Below are positions 10,014 to 20,997 of a DNA stretch of 58,248 nucleotides, piece after piece. Each line of letters starts with the position of its first letter. Position 1 is the first letter of the stretch. Source of the stretch: a virus (taxonomy: Duplodnaviria > Caudoviricetes). The stretch is taken from positions 1-58,248 of IMG/VR virus record IMGVR_UViG_3300021197_000769; one strand, 5' to 3'. A program made the position numbers and the translations under genes. The notes below the pieces were generated by a model. The model saw only the letters and a program-made list of their open reading frames with translations, was not told the origin of the DNA and did no database searches.

Positions 10014-10748
10014 TTACCCTAAGCCCCCGAAGCCTTTGCTTATATTTCCACTACCAAAGCCTGTTCTAGGCATAAAGGTTTTTCTAGGTATACTTATATT
10101 ACTTTTTTTGCCAAGGCTGCCAAGGTCAAACTGTCCACTACTAATTCCTGCCCCCGCTAAACTACCGGCCATATCTCCTAATGCGCCAAGGCCACTTGAA
10201 AAAGCCGCTCTTTTATCAATTGTCGATTGCATTTCTCTTGCTCTTTGCTCATCAGTTAATGATTGTGTTCTATCTAATTGTTCCACAATGCGAGCTTCTG
10301 CTCTTAACCCTTCTTCTAATTTTTTCTGTTGTAAAACCGCTTCTCCTTCGGCTCTTAATTTTTCGTTAGCCGCCTCTTGTTTTTCTATGCTAGCCGAAAC
10401 CCCCTTTTTACTTGATAAAGCTGCTTGTGCTAATGCCGTAGCCCCACCTGCTGCTCCGCCTGTTGCTCTGATTGTGTCTAATGTATTTGCTAAAGCAATA
10501 TCTGTTTGCTCAATTTGCATTTCTGCGGCTTGTGCTGCGACACCTAAGTTAGCATATGTGTTACTAAATTGTCCTTCAAAATTATTTACAAGATCTCTTC
10601 TTTCTTGCTCTAAATTTTTTAAAGTCCTTTCCAAAGCCTCTCTTTTGCCTTTAGCATCTGCTTTATCTTTTTTTGCATTAGCCATACCTACTATAGTATT
10701 AGTTATAGCTGATCCCGCTTGTACTAACATTGCTGCCATTAGTCCCAT
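10014..10748 (-). CDS. Putative small ejection/pilot protein
   Basis: 244 aa, Ala/Gly/Gln-rich coiled coil with hydrophobic Gly-rich N- and C-terminal segments, typical of podovirus gp14-like proteins. Confidence 0.65.
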   Translation of the reverse strand: MGLMAAMLVQAGSAITNTIVGMANAKKDKADAKGKREALERTLKNLEQERRDLVNNFEGQFSNTYANLGVAAQAAEMQIEQTDIALANTLDTIRATGGAAGGATALAQAALSSKKGVSASIEKQEAANEKLRAEGEAVLQQKKLEEGLRAEARIVEQLDRTQSLTDEQRAREMQSTIDKRAAFSSGLGALGDMAGSLAGAGISSGQFDLGSLGKKSNISIPRKTFMPRTGFGSGNISKGFGGLG

Positions 10749-10762
10749 ATTATTTTATTTTT

Positions 10763-12529
10763 TTAAGATTTAACATATTTTGAGGATACCGCAAATAATG
10801 TTTTAGTACCACCTACATCTGTGGTGCTGTCGGTACTAATTTTAACAGTTGCAAAGTATCCTTTTATTCCGCTCATGCTATCGTTTGATGCCACTTGCCC
10901 TGGCATACCGAATGGTATACTTTGGGAAACAGCCCCTGTTGAATCAACACCTTTATTTATTAGGTTAGCATAATATTTGTTTTCTTTTCTATCAAATCCT
11001 ACTCTATATGTTATTCCACCTTCAATATATGCGCCCTCATCGTAGCTATATACAAGTGATGTTTTATCTTGATAGTTAATTGATTCTATACTAAGTCCCG
11101 TTGGGTCTGATAAAAAGTAATCCGACTGCCAACCGTTAGACCCTTCGTAGTTTACTGTTTGGAAATTTTTAGAGATATAAACATCGGGATTAAAGGATAG
11201 TATAACCGATGTTGGGTAATACGTTCCATAGAAGTACCCTCTATTATTAATTACACTTTTATCGTAATGTTTCCAAATAGATGCACCTTTGCATGTGTAA
11301 TAACTGCTATTTAATGTACCGCCAAAGCTTGGGTCGTAATCCCAAAAACTTGTCCAAGCATTATTTGATTCATTAAATGATAGTGTGTTGTACGTTTCTA
11401 TATTATCCCCATCATTAAATACTTGTGTTGATACAACATACTTATCATGGTAGTTGTCGTATGCTCCAACAATTTTATCTTTAACATAACTAAATAAAGA
11501 TATTTCTCCAGTATCACCCCCCGACAATGGATTGTCAAAAATAATATCAATATCTGGGTCGGTTTTTCCAATATATATATAAGCTTCAGGTGTAGGAGTA
11601 CTACCGCTGTTAAAAAATATGCCCTTTACATAAAAATTATTAGGGGTTATTCCTAATATACCCATACCTACTTCTATAGTATTAGGAATTTCTGTAGTTC
11701 CCTCGGGTAAATCTAAAATAAGGTACTCATTGCCTGGACCTATTTTTGCCGTAAAAGTATTCTCTTTTGATTTATTTATAGTGGTAACAGTAGCTAAGTC
11801 ATCTCTAAAGAAGTCTCTCATTCCATATGAACTTATTTCCGTTATACCATCTCTTGATAGCCTTAAAATAGCTCCTCTGCTTCTGTCAGAAAAATACATT
11901 CTGTATCCTTTAAAGGCAAAAGATTCTGGGTTTTGACTAATGCCATATTCTCCAGTATATTGGTTAACCTGGCCTAAAACTAACCTTGACGCTGTCAATG
12001 CAGGGTTTCCATCTGCAGTGTATATTGCGTCCTTGTCTATTAAGGCATTACTAACTTTATCTTCCTGAAATATTATTAGGTTGGTATCAGTGGTGTATAA
12101 CTTTTGTATGCCTCCGTATCTTGGGTCAACTTCTTTTGTTATGTTTTCTCCTGTAGAAAAAACGTTAGTTTCGTTTAATCCAGTTAACCGATTGTATAGT
12201 CCAGAGTATATTATTCCGTTGCTAAGTATTAGTTCTGAATCTTCAGACTCTGTTATATAAGCCTTTACTCCAAAATCTACTGATGTATTATTGTATCCTC
12301 CTCGTATCCTAGACTCTTCTATGTACCAATACTTTGTTTGGTAACCCTCAAAAGTTTGCCCGCCTAAAGCATATAGTGGAAATCGGGGATACCCTTCTAT
12401 ATTACTCCATGCTAGTCCAGGCCAAACAGCAGCTCCAGATGATTGCTCAGCAATTACTGGACCAACCCCCGTTGCAACCTTTTTTAACAAAAAAGAATTA
12501 AAGTACTGTACTTCTGTAGTAGCGCTCAT
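10763..12529 (-). CDS. Tail stabilization/nozzle (muzzle)-like protein, C-terminal-type part
   Basis: 588 aa beta-rich; motifs YGGIQKL, LIIFQEDKVS, GEYGISQNPES, YFSD..RGAILRLS.DGITEIS..GM recall crAss-like/P22 gp10-like tail stabilization proteins. Confidence 0.65.
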   Translation of the reverse strand: MSATTEVQYFNSFLLKKVATGVGPVIAEQSSGAAVWPGLAWSNIEGYPRFPLYALGGQTFEGYQTKYWYIEESRIRGGYNNTSVDFGVKAYITESEDSELILSNGIIYSGLYNRLTGLNETNVFSTGENITKEVDPRYGGIQKLYTTDTNLIIFQEDKVSNALIDKDAIYTADGNPALTASRLVLGQVNQYTGEYGISQNPESFAFKGYRMYFSDRSRGAILRLSRDGITEISSYGMRDFFRDDLATVTTINKSKENTFTAKIGPGNEYLILDLPEGTTEIPNTIEVGMGILGITPNNFYVKGIFFNSGSTPTPEAYIYIGKTDPDIDIIFDNPLSGGDTGEISLFSYVKDKIVGAYDNYHDKYVVSTQVFNDGDNIETYNTLSFNESNNAWTSFWDYDPSFGGTLNSSYYTCKGASIWKHYDKSVINNRGYFYGTYYPTSVILSFNPDVYISKNFQTVNYEGSNGWQSDYFLSDPTGLSIESINYQDKTSLVYSYDEGAYIEGGITYRVGFDRKENKYYANLINKGVDSTGAVSQSIPFGMPGQVASNDSMSGIKGYFATVKISTDSTTDVGGTKTLFAVSSKYVKS

Positions 12530-12553
12530 TTATATATATTTTTATAATAAGTT

Positions 12554-15500
12554 TTAAGGATTGTTAACTCTCAATATAAAAGAGAAATCCTCTATTTTTT
12601 TGGAGCCAACACCAGGGCTAGTAACAACTGTTGGAGTATTAGTTAGCGGAGTCGTAACTATACTGCTAGAGGCTGCATCAAATACTTCCATAGTTATTAA
12701 ATATTCTGTTTGTACATTTGTGTCTTGAGGATTTTGATTTGGTGTGTATAACCCTGGAAATTTAGTATATTCCCACTCAAGAGTAGTAAAATTATAATCA
12801 GCTTCAGTCCTTTCCTCTAAAGACGTAACTGTAGGATTAAATACCTTAACGTTATCTACATTTATTTGTAAAGACTCCTTTAAAGGACTTGCCTGCGTTT
12901 CTGGGTCAAAACTAAGCCTTGCATATTCTGATGCAGTCTTTCTACTATCATAAAACCAAGGATTTCCTGCAAAAAGCTGTGGTAACTTTATGTAAACACT
13001 TTTTATAACTATTGAAAGACCTTGCTTGTAAAGTAAATCGCTAAATGCCCCATTCCTAAAATCAAATGAAAGCCCTGTGTCAATAAACCCTGTACTGTCT
13101 TCTATTGGCAGTTGAAAGTCATATGTACCCCAAAAAGTTGTTGTGCCGCTCCTCGTGATTCTATTGCCACTGTTTAAGTCAGAGTTCATACCGTAAGTGA
13201 ACTGTGTTATATTTTGCTTGTTAGAAACAGAATTATCACCTGTATCAGATATAGGGGGTGAATTTTTTAATATACTTTTTGATGCGTTGACGGTTACATT
13301 GCTTTTTAATACTTCTGTAACACCAGATTGAGCAACCGCAAACTCTATTGTAAACTTGTATCTATCATTAACAGAACTATTGCTCGTATAAACAAAACTA
13401 GCATTTGTAGATGTTTTTATATACCACCCAGAAGTTCCGTTAGCTTCTAACTCAAAAAGATTACTACCTGTTATGTCTACATCGTTTCCTGAAAAAACAG
13501 AAACTATCTTTGCGGTAACAGTAACACCACTCACACCTTGTATATTTAAACCTTGATAATTTTTAACAATAAACGAACTTCCAGGAGTATTTAGTCTAGT
13601 GCCACCCTCAGTACTTTCGGTAAGATTAAAAGACCAATTTTCAATTGCAACAGCCGTTAGACCAGCATCTCCAAATTTTATATCCGTATTAAGCTCAGAT
13701 ATTAGCCCTGATGTACTTGTCTCATAAAATATATCTATTTCAGACCTTGTTGGAGCCGTTTCATAAACATTTAATGTTGTATTTTCAAATGTTATAGGGT
13801 AAGATGTGTCTACAACTGGAGAGAATCCTCCAATTGCACCAATTGTTTTTTGTGTGGATATTCTACCTATAAGCGGATTACGCCCTACCGCATCAAGTTT
13901 GGGCATACCATAAAATGGAGACTTATCATAAGGGCCCCCATCTACGTCTTTATCTAGCCCCGTTTCGTCTCTCAACCCTATACTTACAACCTTGTCTGGC
14001 GTAGTGCTAGGTATAAATTGGAATGATTCTGATATATTTGACTTGTATATTGAGTTAGTAACCCTACCAAATAGTCTTTCTGAACTTGAGAACTGTACTT
14101 GGTTTGGTCCTACCTCATTCAAATCTCTTGGAACTTTATTTATGTTGTCAGAAAATAAAGTTATAAATGCTACACTGTTTGATATTGTAGTAGATGTTTG
14201 TGGTGAATTATTTAGTATACTTGGTAGATATACGTTGTAGTATTCTTGTTCTTTTTGTTGCACTACTAACTTGTAACTGTACCAGCCCAATGGATTTTCT
14301 GAACTATATAATCCAGCATACCCTGGCGAAGAAATTTCAGATGGTATTAATTTATTCCACAAAGCTTTAATTGAACTACCTCTATATACATTAGGTCTTT
14401 CACCTTGCCCTGAAATAAATTCTGTATTAGCAACATTATACTTATTGTACCCTGTTGCAAACTCAGAAAGTATAACATCTGATTGCCTTCCATACCTATC
14501 AGATAATACCACACCAAGTGTGTAAGACCTGTTTTGCTTTAGCACGTGGTTTGGGTACTCTATTTCGCTGTAGGAGCCAAATTGTCCTAGCTTTGCTTTT
14601 TCTCCTAAAGATATACTATATCCTAAGGTTTTTGGTCTAGCAGTTCTTACCAAATAATTTCCATACATCACCCTATTACCGGCAACTTCTTGGGACTTAG
14701 CCCTAATTGGTACCTTGTCAGAGGCTCTTGATGTTTCGTTTGATGGTAAGGTTTTTATAGGTGCCTGAGATGTATAGTTGTATGTTATTCTATTTGTGTC
14801 TGTTATGGCTCGTAACTCTTCAGTCGTAATAGTGTTAACAACCTTGATAGCCACTTGATCTGACTCCTTATATAGAATATCAATTTCTTTTACATGTAAG
14901 TCGTCTGGCAAAGCACTAACAGTTGAAACACCCTCTGGCATAGTAATAACTATCCCCACAGTGTTCACTTTGTTTTCCATAAATGAAACTATCGTACTCT
15001 GCACAGCGTTAACTTCATCTGACTCTGCTGCGTCATCATTTATGTTAGTGGGTCCCCCGCCGGTATCATTTTGTTTATCTAGAAAATATCCATCCTGTTT
15101 TGGTATAAACGCCGCCTGCGTAAATGGTGCTGCAAGAGAGTACTCGTCGTTGTCGTACTTGAACCTATAGCTAAACCTAACAAACTTATCTGAAAGATAT
15201 TCGCTGTCCCCTTTAAAATTAGCATCATAGTACGGGTTAGCGCCTATAAGAACTTCTCCAGATATTGGAGCGGTTGATGCTGGGGAATATGTTATTGTAA
15301 ATGGTTGGTTAGGCCTATTAGTACCTGGTGTATTAGCGGTTACACCTGTTATTTTTGTTTTAGAGGCTAGGGTTATATCATCTGTAGTAATATATGTACC
15401 AATCCAATTATCTAATTGGTTGTAGTTAGCAGGCCCAAATTTAGGGTCTGCAATTTCAAATGTATTAGTAGTCGCATTTGAAACAGTCCAATATTGCATA

Positions 15501-16456
15501 CCAGGCAACCCTTCAGAGGTTACGTCCTTCATTGTGGAATCTTTAAAAAGATTGCCATCCCGAACTAATAGCTTTATCTCTCCTATCATATTAGACACAG
15601 GGCCTATTGCTTGGTCTAAAAGGGCGGCATCTATTGTAACTTCTTGACCCGCTGCGTAGCCACTGCCAGTTGTAAACGTAGGAAAGTTAGTAGCATATAC
15701 GGTTGCGGCTATTACTTCATTGTTAAGCGCATATATTGCGTACTGACCCTGTTGGCCAGTTCCAGACCCAAACGCTCCTAAATATGTTCCGTCATTGATA
15801 CTTGTTGGCTGCTGAATAACCCGCATTGGGCTGTTGTCCAATAGGCTGCCCACCGAACTGTTTGCCGCCAACATAGGAGGCTGCCATGGATAGTACTTAG
15901 CAACAGATATGTTGTCTTCATTACTATAATACCCAGGTGTTTCTAGCGCTTTTTTAACATTTATTTTTCTTGGTTGATTTCTGTCATCTGTAAAAAACAA
16001 TAAATCCTCTAATAGATTTATGCCAAGAACTGGTTTTGTTTTTGAGAAATTTAAAAATGCTCCACTGACAAGTATGCTACCTTGAGCTGTATTTACGTCG
16101 TACATACATATATAATGGCTTGAGCCAACAAAAGTAATTCCTGAAATTACCTCTGTATCTGATGCAAAGTTATCTAAACCACTAGCCGATGTATCATTCC
16201 AGTTTGTAATAAAACAAAATAATCTGTCCCCTGCATTGTCTATGTAAAATCCTATTATCTCAAGGCCTTTATCTGTAAGACCAAAATCTGTTTCTATTAT
16301 ATTTCCAGGAACATTTTGTAGCTGTCCTGAATCTCCTCCCTCAGAGTTTATTATAACAGCGTTTCTTGCATCTATATACTCTTTATTTGAAATTAATCTA
16401 GGGGTAAGATCCTTGTTCATCTTAGCCCCTAGAAAAAGATTTTTAACCTCTGCCAT
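12554..16456 (-). CDS. Large tail protein (stabilization/muzzle-like, N-terminal-type part)
   Basis: 1300 aa beta-rich; N-terminal KMNKDL.PRL....EY.DA.N, LLFFTD.RNQPRKIN, RFSYRFKY, GNRVMYGNY, GVVLSDRYGR motifs. Confidence 0.65.
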   Translation of the reverse strand: MAEVKNLFLGAKMNKDLTPRLISNKEYIDARNAVIINSEGGDSGQLQNVPGNIIETDFGLTDKGLEIIGFYIDNAGDRLFCFITNWNDTSASGLDNFASDTEVISGITFVGSSHYICMYDVNTAQGSILVSGAFLNFSKTKPVLGINLLEDLLFFTDDRNQPRKINVKKALETPGYYSNEDNISVAKYYPWQPPMLAANSSVGSLLDNSPMRVIQQPTSINDGTYLGAFGSGTGQQGQYAIYALNNEVIAATVYATNFPTFTTGSGYAAGQEVTIDAALLDQAIGPVSNMIGEIKLLVRDGNLFKDSTMKDVTSEGLPGMQYWTVSNATTNTFEIADPKFGPANYNQLDNWIGTYITTDDITLASKTKITGVTANTPGTNRPNQPFTITYSPASTAPISGEVLIGANPYYDANFKGDSEYLSDKFVRFSYRFKYDNDEYSLAAPFTQAAFIPKQDGYFLDKQNDTGGGPTNINDDAAESDEVNAVQSTIVSFMENKVNTVGIVITMPEGVSTVSALPDDLHVKEIDILYKESDQVAIKVVNTITTEELRAITDTNRITYNYTSQAPIKTLPSNETSRASDKVPIRAKSQEVAGNRVMYGNYLVRTARPKTLGYSISLGEKAKLGQFGSYSEIEYPNHVLKQNRSYTLGVVLSDRYGRQSDVILSEFATGYNKYNVANTEFISGQGERPNVYRGSSIKALWNKLIPSEISSPGYAGLYSSENPLGWYSYKLVVQQKEQEYYNVYLPSILNNSPQTSTTISNSVAFITLFSDNINKVPRDLNEVGPNQVQFSSSERLFGRVTNSIYKSNISESFQFIPSTTPDKVVSIGLRDETGLDKDVDGGPYDKSPFYGMPKLDAVGRNPLIGRISTQKTIGAIGGFSPVVDTSYPITFENTTLNVYETAPTRSEIDIFYETSTSGLISELNTDIKFGDAGLTAVAIENWSFNLTESTEGGTRLNTPGSSFIVKNYQGLNIQGVSGVTVTAKIVSVFSGNDVDITGSNLFELEANGTSGWYIKTSTNASFVYTSNSSVNDRYKFTIEFAVAQSGVTEVLKSNVTVNASKSILKNSPPISDTGDNSVSNKQNITQFTYGMNSDLNSGNRITRSGTTTFWGTYDFQLPIEDSTGFIDTGLSFDFRNGAFSDLLYKQGLSIVIKSVYIKLPQLFAGNPWFYDSRKTASEYARLSFDPETQASPLKESLQINVDNVKVFNPTVTSLEERTEADYNFTTLEWEYTKFPGLYTPNQNPQDTNVQTEYLITMEVFDAASSSIVTTPLTNTPTVVTSPGVGSKKIEDFSFILRVNNP

Positions 16457-16459
16457 ATT

Positions 16460-17398
16460 TTATGATTTTATCCATTTAGATTTTCCTCTCATTACTTGGG
16501 TTATTTCCTCAAGCTTAATATTAGATAATCTTATTTTAGCATTCCTTAGTTTAGCACTTCTTTCTCTTTTTAATCGCTGAACAATATATTCTGGCTGATT
16601 AATACGTGTAGATATGATCGCATGGCTTATATGGGCATACATGGCGTCCTCTATCATTTTAGGGACCCTAGTATCCAAATCATAAGCTAAACCGTCTGAG
16701 ATGTACTCTATGACGATCAACTTATCTTTTAAGTTACTTGAGAATGTAAAGACTCCTCTTACGTCATCAACGCCAAACCATCCGTTCTTTTGAACTAATG
16801 CGGGATCTTCCCCATATCTTTGGCCATATGCTGCACCCCAATAAATATTCCCAACATATTCGTCAGCAAAATCATAGCCCTCATTTAAAGATTTCGCATC
16901 ATATAACCCTGTTATCTTTTTAGTATCAGCTTCTCTCCATCTTGATACTGTTTGTGGCGGGTCAGTGTCTATGTTTTCACCAGAATTATCTTGTATGGGA
17001 ACGCCCGTAGAGTCTTGCTCTAAGGCTTCTGCTGGATTTATTGTAAGGTTTGTATTTGGGTATATAATTCTTTTTACCCCCAACTTATCAATGTAAGATA
17101 ACCTAACATAATTTACATAGTCTTGGGGCATTATGGCTGTTAGACTCGGAGATATAGTTAACTCTTGAGACTTTATAGTCTTTAGTGTGTCGTAACTAAA
17201 TTCTTGCATCCCACGTTTTGCGTGAAATATTACATCAGTCCTTTTAACACTTGGTATTAATTTACCTGCTCCAACGTATGCAACAATAAAGTTATTAATA
17301 ACATCGTTTAAAGAAGTGTACTGATAGCCCCCATAATTATCGCCATCATAGTATTCTGCATTATTTTCGGTGATTAAACCACCATTTGGATTTGGCAT
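16460..17398 (-). CDS. Structural protein, putative tail ring/adaptor
   Basis: 312 aa; MPQDYVNYVRL motif and position between capsid and tail genes. Confidence 0.6.
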   Translation of the reverse strand: MPNPNGGLITENNAEYYDGDNYGGYQYTSLNDVINNFIVAYVGAGKLIPSVKRTDVIFHAKRGMQEFSYDTLKTIKSQELTISPSLTAIMPQDYVNYVRLSYIDKLGVKRIIYPNTNLTINPAEALEQDSTGVPIQDNSGENIDTDPPQTVSRWREADTKKITGLYDAKSLNEGYDFADEYVGNIYWGAAYGQRYGEDPALVQKNGWFGVDDVRGVFTFSSNLKDKLIVIEYISDGLAYDLDTRVPKMIEDAMYAHISHAIISTRINQPEYIVQRLKRERSAKLRNAKIRLSNIKLEEITQVMRGKSKWIKS

Positions 17399-17404
17399 AT
17401 CTTA

Positions 17405-18484
17405 TTAGCTTTTTTCGTTTATTTCTTCTTTCTGTATTTGACTTGCAGCAACCTGTATAACTTGTGGGTCTTTTATTACAACCCCAAAGTAAAATAGCAC
17501 TTTCATAATAAAGCTTGTTTGCTCTGCTACATCTAACTCTATATCCGTAGAGCCGTATGTGCTACCAGAGTTTAAGTCTTGCGCCCTTAGAGTAATTGTT
17601 GGGCCTATAGATTCAGGTGGAGGATTAGGGCCAATAGGGGGATAAGATAAAGCCCCATTACTTACGGTGAGTATATCACCTGCTTGGTAGTTTTTACCAC
17701 CAGATACCACATTAATATCTGAAATTACTTCGTTACCAACTGTTCCGCTAACTATTATTGTAAACTCAAGTCCAGACCCTGCTGGATTAAGCTGTGTATA
17801 AGCTACCCCGTTATATGTACCTAATTGAATATTTGATGCTTCGGCCGTAATGCTGTCATTTAGTGTTCCAAGACCAACGTTAACTCCTGTCGCTTCATAA
17901 ACATTAGTATCATAAATATATTGTCCTACAGGTCCAATAGTATACCCCCATCTAGGGTCTTTTGGCTTTCTTAGAAAGTTAACAGATATGTCACTTGTTA
18001 TGGTATCAGGTTTTACAAATAGCTTGTCGTTTTCAAGCAAATAAGTTGGAAAAGATGTTGTTGATTTAGTTAGTGGGGATTTTTGAATGTTATAGAAATC
18101 CATTCTTTGCAGTCTCTGAAGCTCAGTTGTATCATTATATACTACAGAGCCTAACGAATAAAGCTCTACTTCATCACCATAAGAATCTGTTGTTGGCAAT
18201 GAAAAGTAAGCAGGTGTTGTTCCTACTGTTGGCACATAGGTTGATGTACCAAAGGTTTTAAATATGGAAAGATGCTCGTCAATAGCGGCAACTCTATCCG
18301 CATAATCTGTGTCAGACTGAGACACTCTTAATTGTTGGTTTAAAGAGTTGGTATAGTCGCCAAATATTTCTAGCTGTACCTGAGTGGCAATCTTATTAAA
18401 CTCATCTGGAGTTACATAACCTCTTTCCTCCTTATTAAGGATTAGCAGTACAGTCTTATATACGGTATTTACATTTATTGCCAT
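17405..18484 (-). CDS. Structural protein, putative tail tubular/ring protein
   Basis: 359 aa; N-terminal LNKE.RGY.TP.EFN and NFLRKP.DP.WGY motifs, with an inserted beta-rich segment (GGKNYQAGDILTV). Confidence 0.6.
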   Translation of the reverse strand: MAINVNTVYKTVLLILNKEERGYVTPDEFNKIATQVQLEIFGDYTNSLNQQLRVSQSDTDYADRVAAIDEHLSIFKTFGTSTYVPTVGTTPAYFSLPTTDSYGDEVELYSLGSVVYNDTTELQRLQRMDFYNIQKSPLTKSTTSFPTYLLENDKLFVKPDTITSDISVNFLRKPKDPRWGYTIGPVGQYIYDTNVYEATGVNVGLGTLNDSITAEASNIQLGTYNGVAYTQLNPAGSGLEFTIIVSGTVGNEVISDINVVSGGKNYQAGDILTVSNGALSYPPIGPNPPPESIGPTITLRAQDLNSGSTYGSTDIELDVAEQTSFIMKVLFYFGVVIKDPQVIQVAASQIQKEEINEKS

Positions 18485-18507
18485 ATTTTTATTTTGTTTT
18501 ATTATAT

Positions 18508-18537
18508 GGGTAGACCAACGGTTAAGTTAGCCTACCC
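18508..18537 (-). other. Intergenic RNA hairpin without U-tail
   Basis: Minus-strand GGGTAGGCTAAC-TTAACC-GTTGGTCTACCC: 12-bp stem that pairs fully only on the minus strand (two G.U pairs). Confidence 0.55.
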
Positions 18538-18556
18538 TTATAAATATAGTTACGTG

Positions 18557-19411
18557 TTATCCGAACTTTTTCTCTATGCTCGAATATACTTGCATGCCTT
18601 CATCAGTTTTAAACCAACGAGCCAGCGCAGAGTATGGGTGCTCTTCAAAAGGGACTGTCATAAGTTTCTTCCCATTTGATGCCCACATAAAGGTTTTTTG
18701 ATCCGGAGATATAGATAATATTCCAGCTTCAACCGCTCTAATGCCAAAACTTCTAAGCTCTACATTTTCGTCATTCGCTAGACTTATAAATAAAGCAGGA
18801 TTACTTTTAGCGAGTAACATTAAATCTCGCTTAAGCTCTTTACTTGTCATTTTATTAACAGAAGTTCCTAATTCTGTTCTAAGAATTGCTTCTGCGTGGT
18901 CTATGTCTAATCCTTGTGCCAATACTAGAGCTTCTATTTCAAGATTAATATCTTCTAATTCATCTACTGCAACAGCAACATCATCTTGCTCTTTATATGT
19001 CCTGTTTTTTTGTGGGTGGTATAAAGATAATAACTTTTGTAAGCTTTGTTTTTGCTTTGGAACCATTAATACACCATTTTTAAAAACAATATGAGCTAAT
19101 GTTGATGGGCCTTCTTGTTCATCAACAAATACTGACACTTGGTTTGTTGCATACCTAAGCTCCCTTTCATATCCTAACTTTTCGTCAAAGTACATTAAGG
19201 GGTGTCTTTGTGAGTGTTTTGCCGTTAAAGTAAATGTTAATGGAGAAACTCCATTAGCTAAATAGTACATTCTATCTTTAATCTCCCATCCAGATTTTAA
19301 TTCTTTTTTTTCAATAACCGGAACAACCATAACAGGTTCTTCTTGTATAATTTGTTTTTTAGGAGCTACATTTTTTGTAGCTGCCTTTATTTTTTTGGCT
19401 TTTGTTTCCAT
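18557..19411 (-). CDS. Conserved virion-associated protein downstream of major capsid
   Basis: 284-aa ORF directly after MCP; RELRYA.NQ.S.FVDEQ motif; helical C-terminus. Confidence 0.65.
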   Translation of the reverse strand: METKAKKIKAATKNVAPKKQIIQEEPVMVVPVIEKKELKSGWEIKDRMYYLANGVSPLTFTLTAKHSQRHPLMYFDEKLGYERELRYATNQVSVFVDEQEGPSTLAHIVFKNGVLMVPKQKQSLQKLLSLYHPQKNRTYKEQDDVAVAVDELEDINLEIEALVLAQGLDIDHAEAILRTELGTSVNKMTSKELKRDLMLLAKSNPALFISLANDENVELRSFGIRAVEAGILSISPDQKTFMWASNGKKLMTVPFEEHPYSALARWFKTDEGMQVYSSIEKKFG

Positions 19412-19430
19412 AATATATAATAAAATTTAA

Positions 19431-19483
19431 TAAAAAAATAAAAGTAATAGTTACCCCCGCCTAGTTGACGAGGGCAACATTAC
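19431..19483 (-). terminator. Rho-independent terminator after major capsid gene
   Basis: Minus-strand GTAATGTTGCCCTCGTC-AACTA-GGCGGGGGTAACTATTAC followed by TTTTATTTTTTT, starting ~12 nt after the MCP stop. Confidence 0.75.
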
Positions 19484-19495
19484 AATAATTAACTA

Positions 19496-20983
19496 CTATG
19501 ATTTTGTAAATAATACAAAGTTGTTAGCAGCTTGAGTAACTAAACATCTTTCAGATAAGAAGTTAACTGTCATTGCATCTAAATCAGAAGTATTGGCACC
19601 TCCAACAGATCCAGTAATCCAAGACTTCATTCTTCTGTCGTCAGCCTCTGAAGCTCTATAACGTACGTGTAAGAATGGTCGTCTGATGTTAGTACCTAGC
19701 ATTTGATCGTATACTGTGCTTGTTCCAGCAGGAACTAATACACCTTCTACATTATCAATTAAACCACGAGTTGTAGCATCATTTAAGTATTTCCAGTCAG
19801 TCTTGTAGAAATCGTAAGAACCTCTTCTGAAACCGTCAAATCCTAAGTTTAATGCCATTTCTTCAGAGTTTTCAAATACACCGTAAGATGTACCACCTGC
19901 TCCGTAAGAATTTTGTGCAGCTAACATATCATCAAAGTCTAAAGAAGTAGCTCTGTCTAAGAATAACATATTCTCTTCAATAGCTCCTTGCTTATCAAGA
20001 TTTGCTAAAATTAAATCAAAGTCACCTAAAGCACTTCGTGTTCCAGCACCACCAGCTCCAGCACCACTTGCGTAGTTTTGGTATACGTTACCTCTTGCTG
20101 TAATAGCAGCAAAAAGACCTTCAGTACCAGCAGAATCTTGCCCACCTACAGCAGCTTTAACAGCGGCGCTTGTAGCAAGCTCTCCTTCAACCATTGCCAT
20201 TTCTAAATAGTCTTGGAAACGTAATCTTGTTTCTCCTTCAGACTTCAAGTACCATAGATATCCTGATGTTCCATCTTCAGCAGCAACTTCAACCCATCCA
20301 ATTTGTGCAGCATCAGAACCATTTACCTCATAAGTGTCCTTAATAATAATTGGTTTGTTACTGTACTGCTGGAATGAAGCCTCTAAAGAACCTTGCATTC
20401 CGAATGTTCCTTTAGCAAATTCAGAGCCATAAACAAATACGCTAAATTCTGCATCAGCTGTTAAGGCTGGAGTAGATATTGCGGCTAAAGAAGCAGCAGT
20501 ATAAGGAAGCACAGTAAAAGTAAGGGCATCTACAGCGCTAACGTAGCAAGTTACAGTTGTTCCAACTCCGTTAGTTCCGCCAGTAACTTGCAATACTACA
20601 GTATTACCAACTCTCATAGCATTTTTAGAAGCTAATCCATCGTCCCCTAATGCTGGCAACTCAAGTACTCCATTTGCTAATTCACCAGTAGCAACAGTAA
20701 CATCCGAATATCCAATGTGCAGCCTGTTTTGCTCAGACCATACAACTTGGTCAGAAGTCATTGGCATTTCAGCGCCTACCATTCTTAAGAATCCTGATAG
20801 AGTTCTGTTACCATATCGCTCTACCTCAGCTTCATAAAGTTCTGGTAAATACTGTTGTGAAAAGTCATTACCAGCTTCGCTAGTAAAATCTAAATAATTG
20901 TAAGGTGATGCACTCTTAGAAGGCATCGGGCTTAAATTGAATTTCCCTAAAGGGTCATTCGGTGTTGGAAAAAATTGTCCCAT
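19496..20983 (-). CDS. Major capsid protein
   Basis: 495 aa; portal-scaffold-MCP order, followed by a strong terminator; QQYLPELYE.EVERYGNR and GTEGLFAAI..RGN motifs of crAss-like/flavobacterial HK97-fold MCPs. Confidence 0.85.
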   Translation of the reverse strand: MGQFFPTPNDPLGKFNLSPMPSKSASPYNYLDFTSEAGNDFSQQYLPELYEAEVERYGNRTLSGFLRMVGAEMPMTSDQVVWSEQNRLHIGYSDVTVATGELANGVLELPALGDDGLASKNAMRVGNTVVLQVTGGTNGVGTTVTCYVSAVDALTFTVLPYTAASLAAISTPALTADAEFSVFVYGSEFAKGTFGMQGSLEASFQQYSNKPIIIKDTYEVNGSDAAQIGWVEVAAEDGTSGYLWYLKSEGETRLRFQDYLEMAMVEGELATSAAVKAAVGGQDSAGTEGLFAAITARGNVYQNYASGAGAGGAGTRSALGDFDLILANLDKQGAIEENMLFLDRATSLDFDDMLAAQNSYGAGGTSYGVFENSEEMALNLGFDGFRRGSYDFYKTDWKYLNDATTRGLIDNVEGVLVPAGTSTVYDQMLGTNIRRPFLHVRYRASEADDRRMKSWITGSVGGANTSDLDAMTVNFLSERCLVTQAANNFVLFTKS

Positions 20984-20997
20984 TTTGTTTTGTTTTT

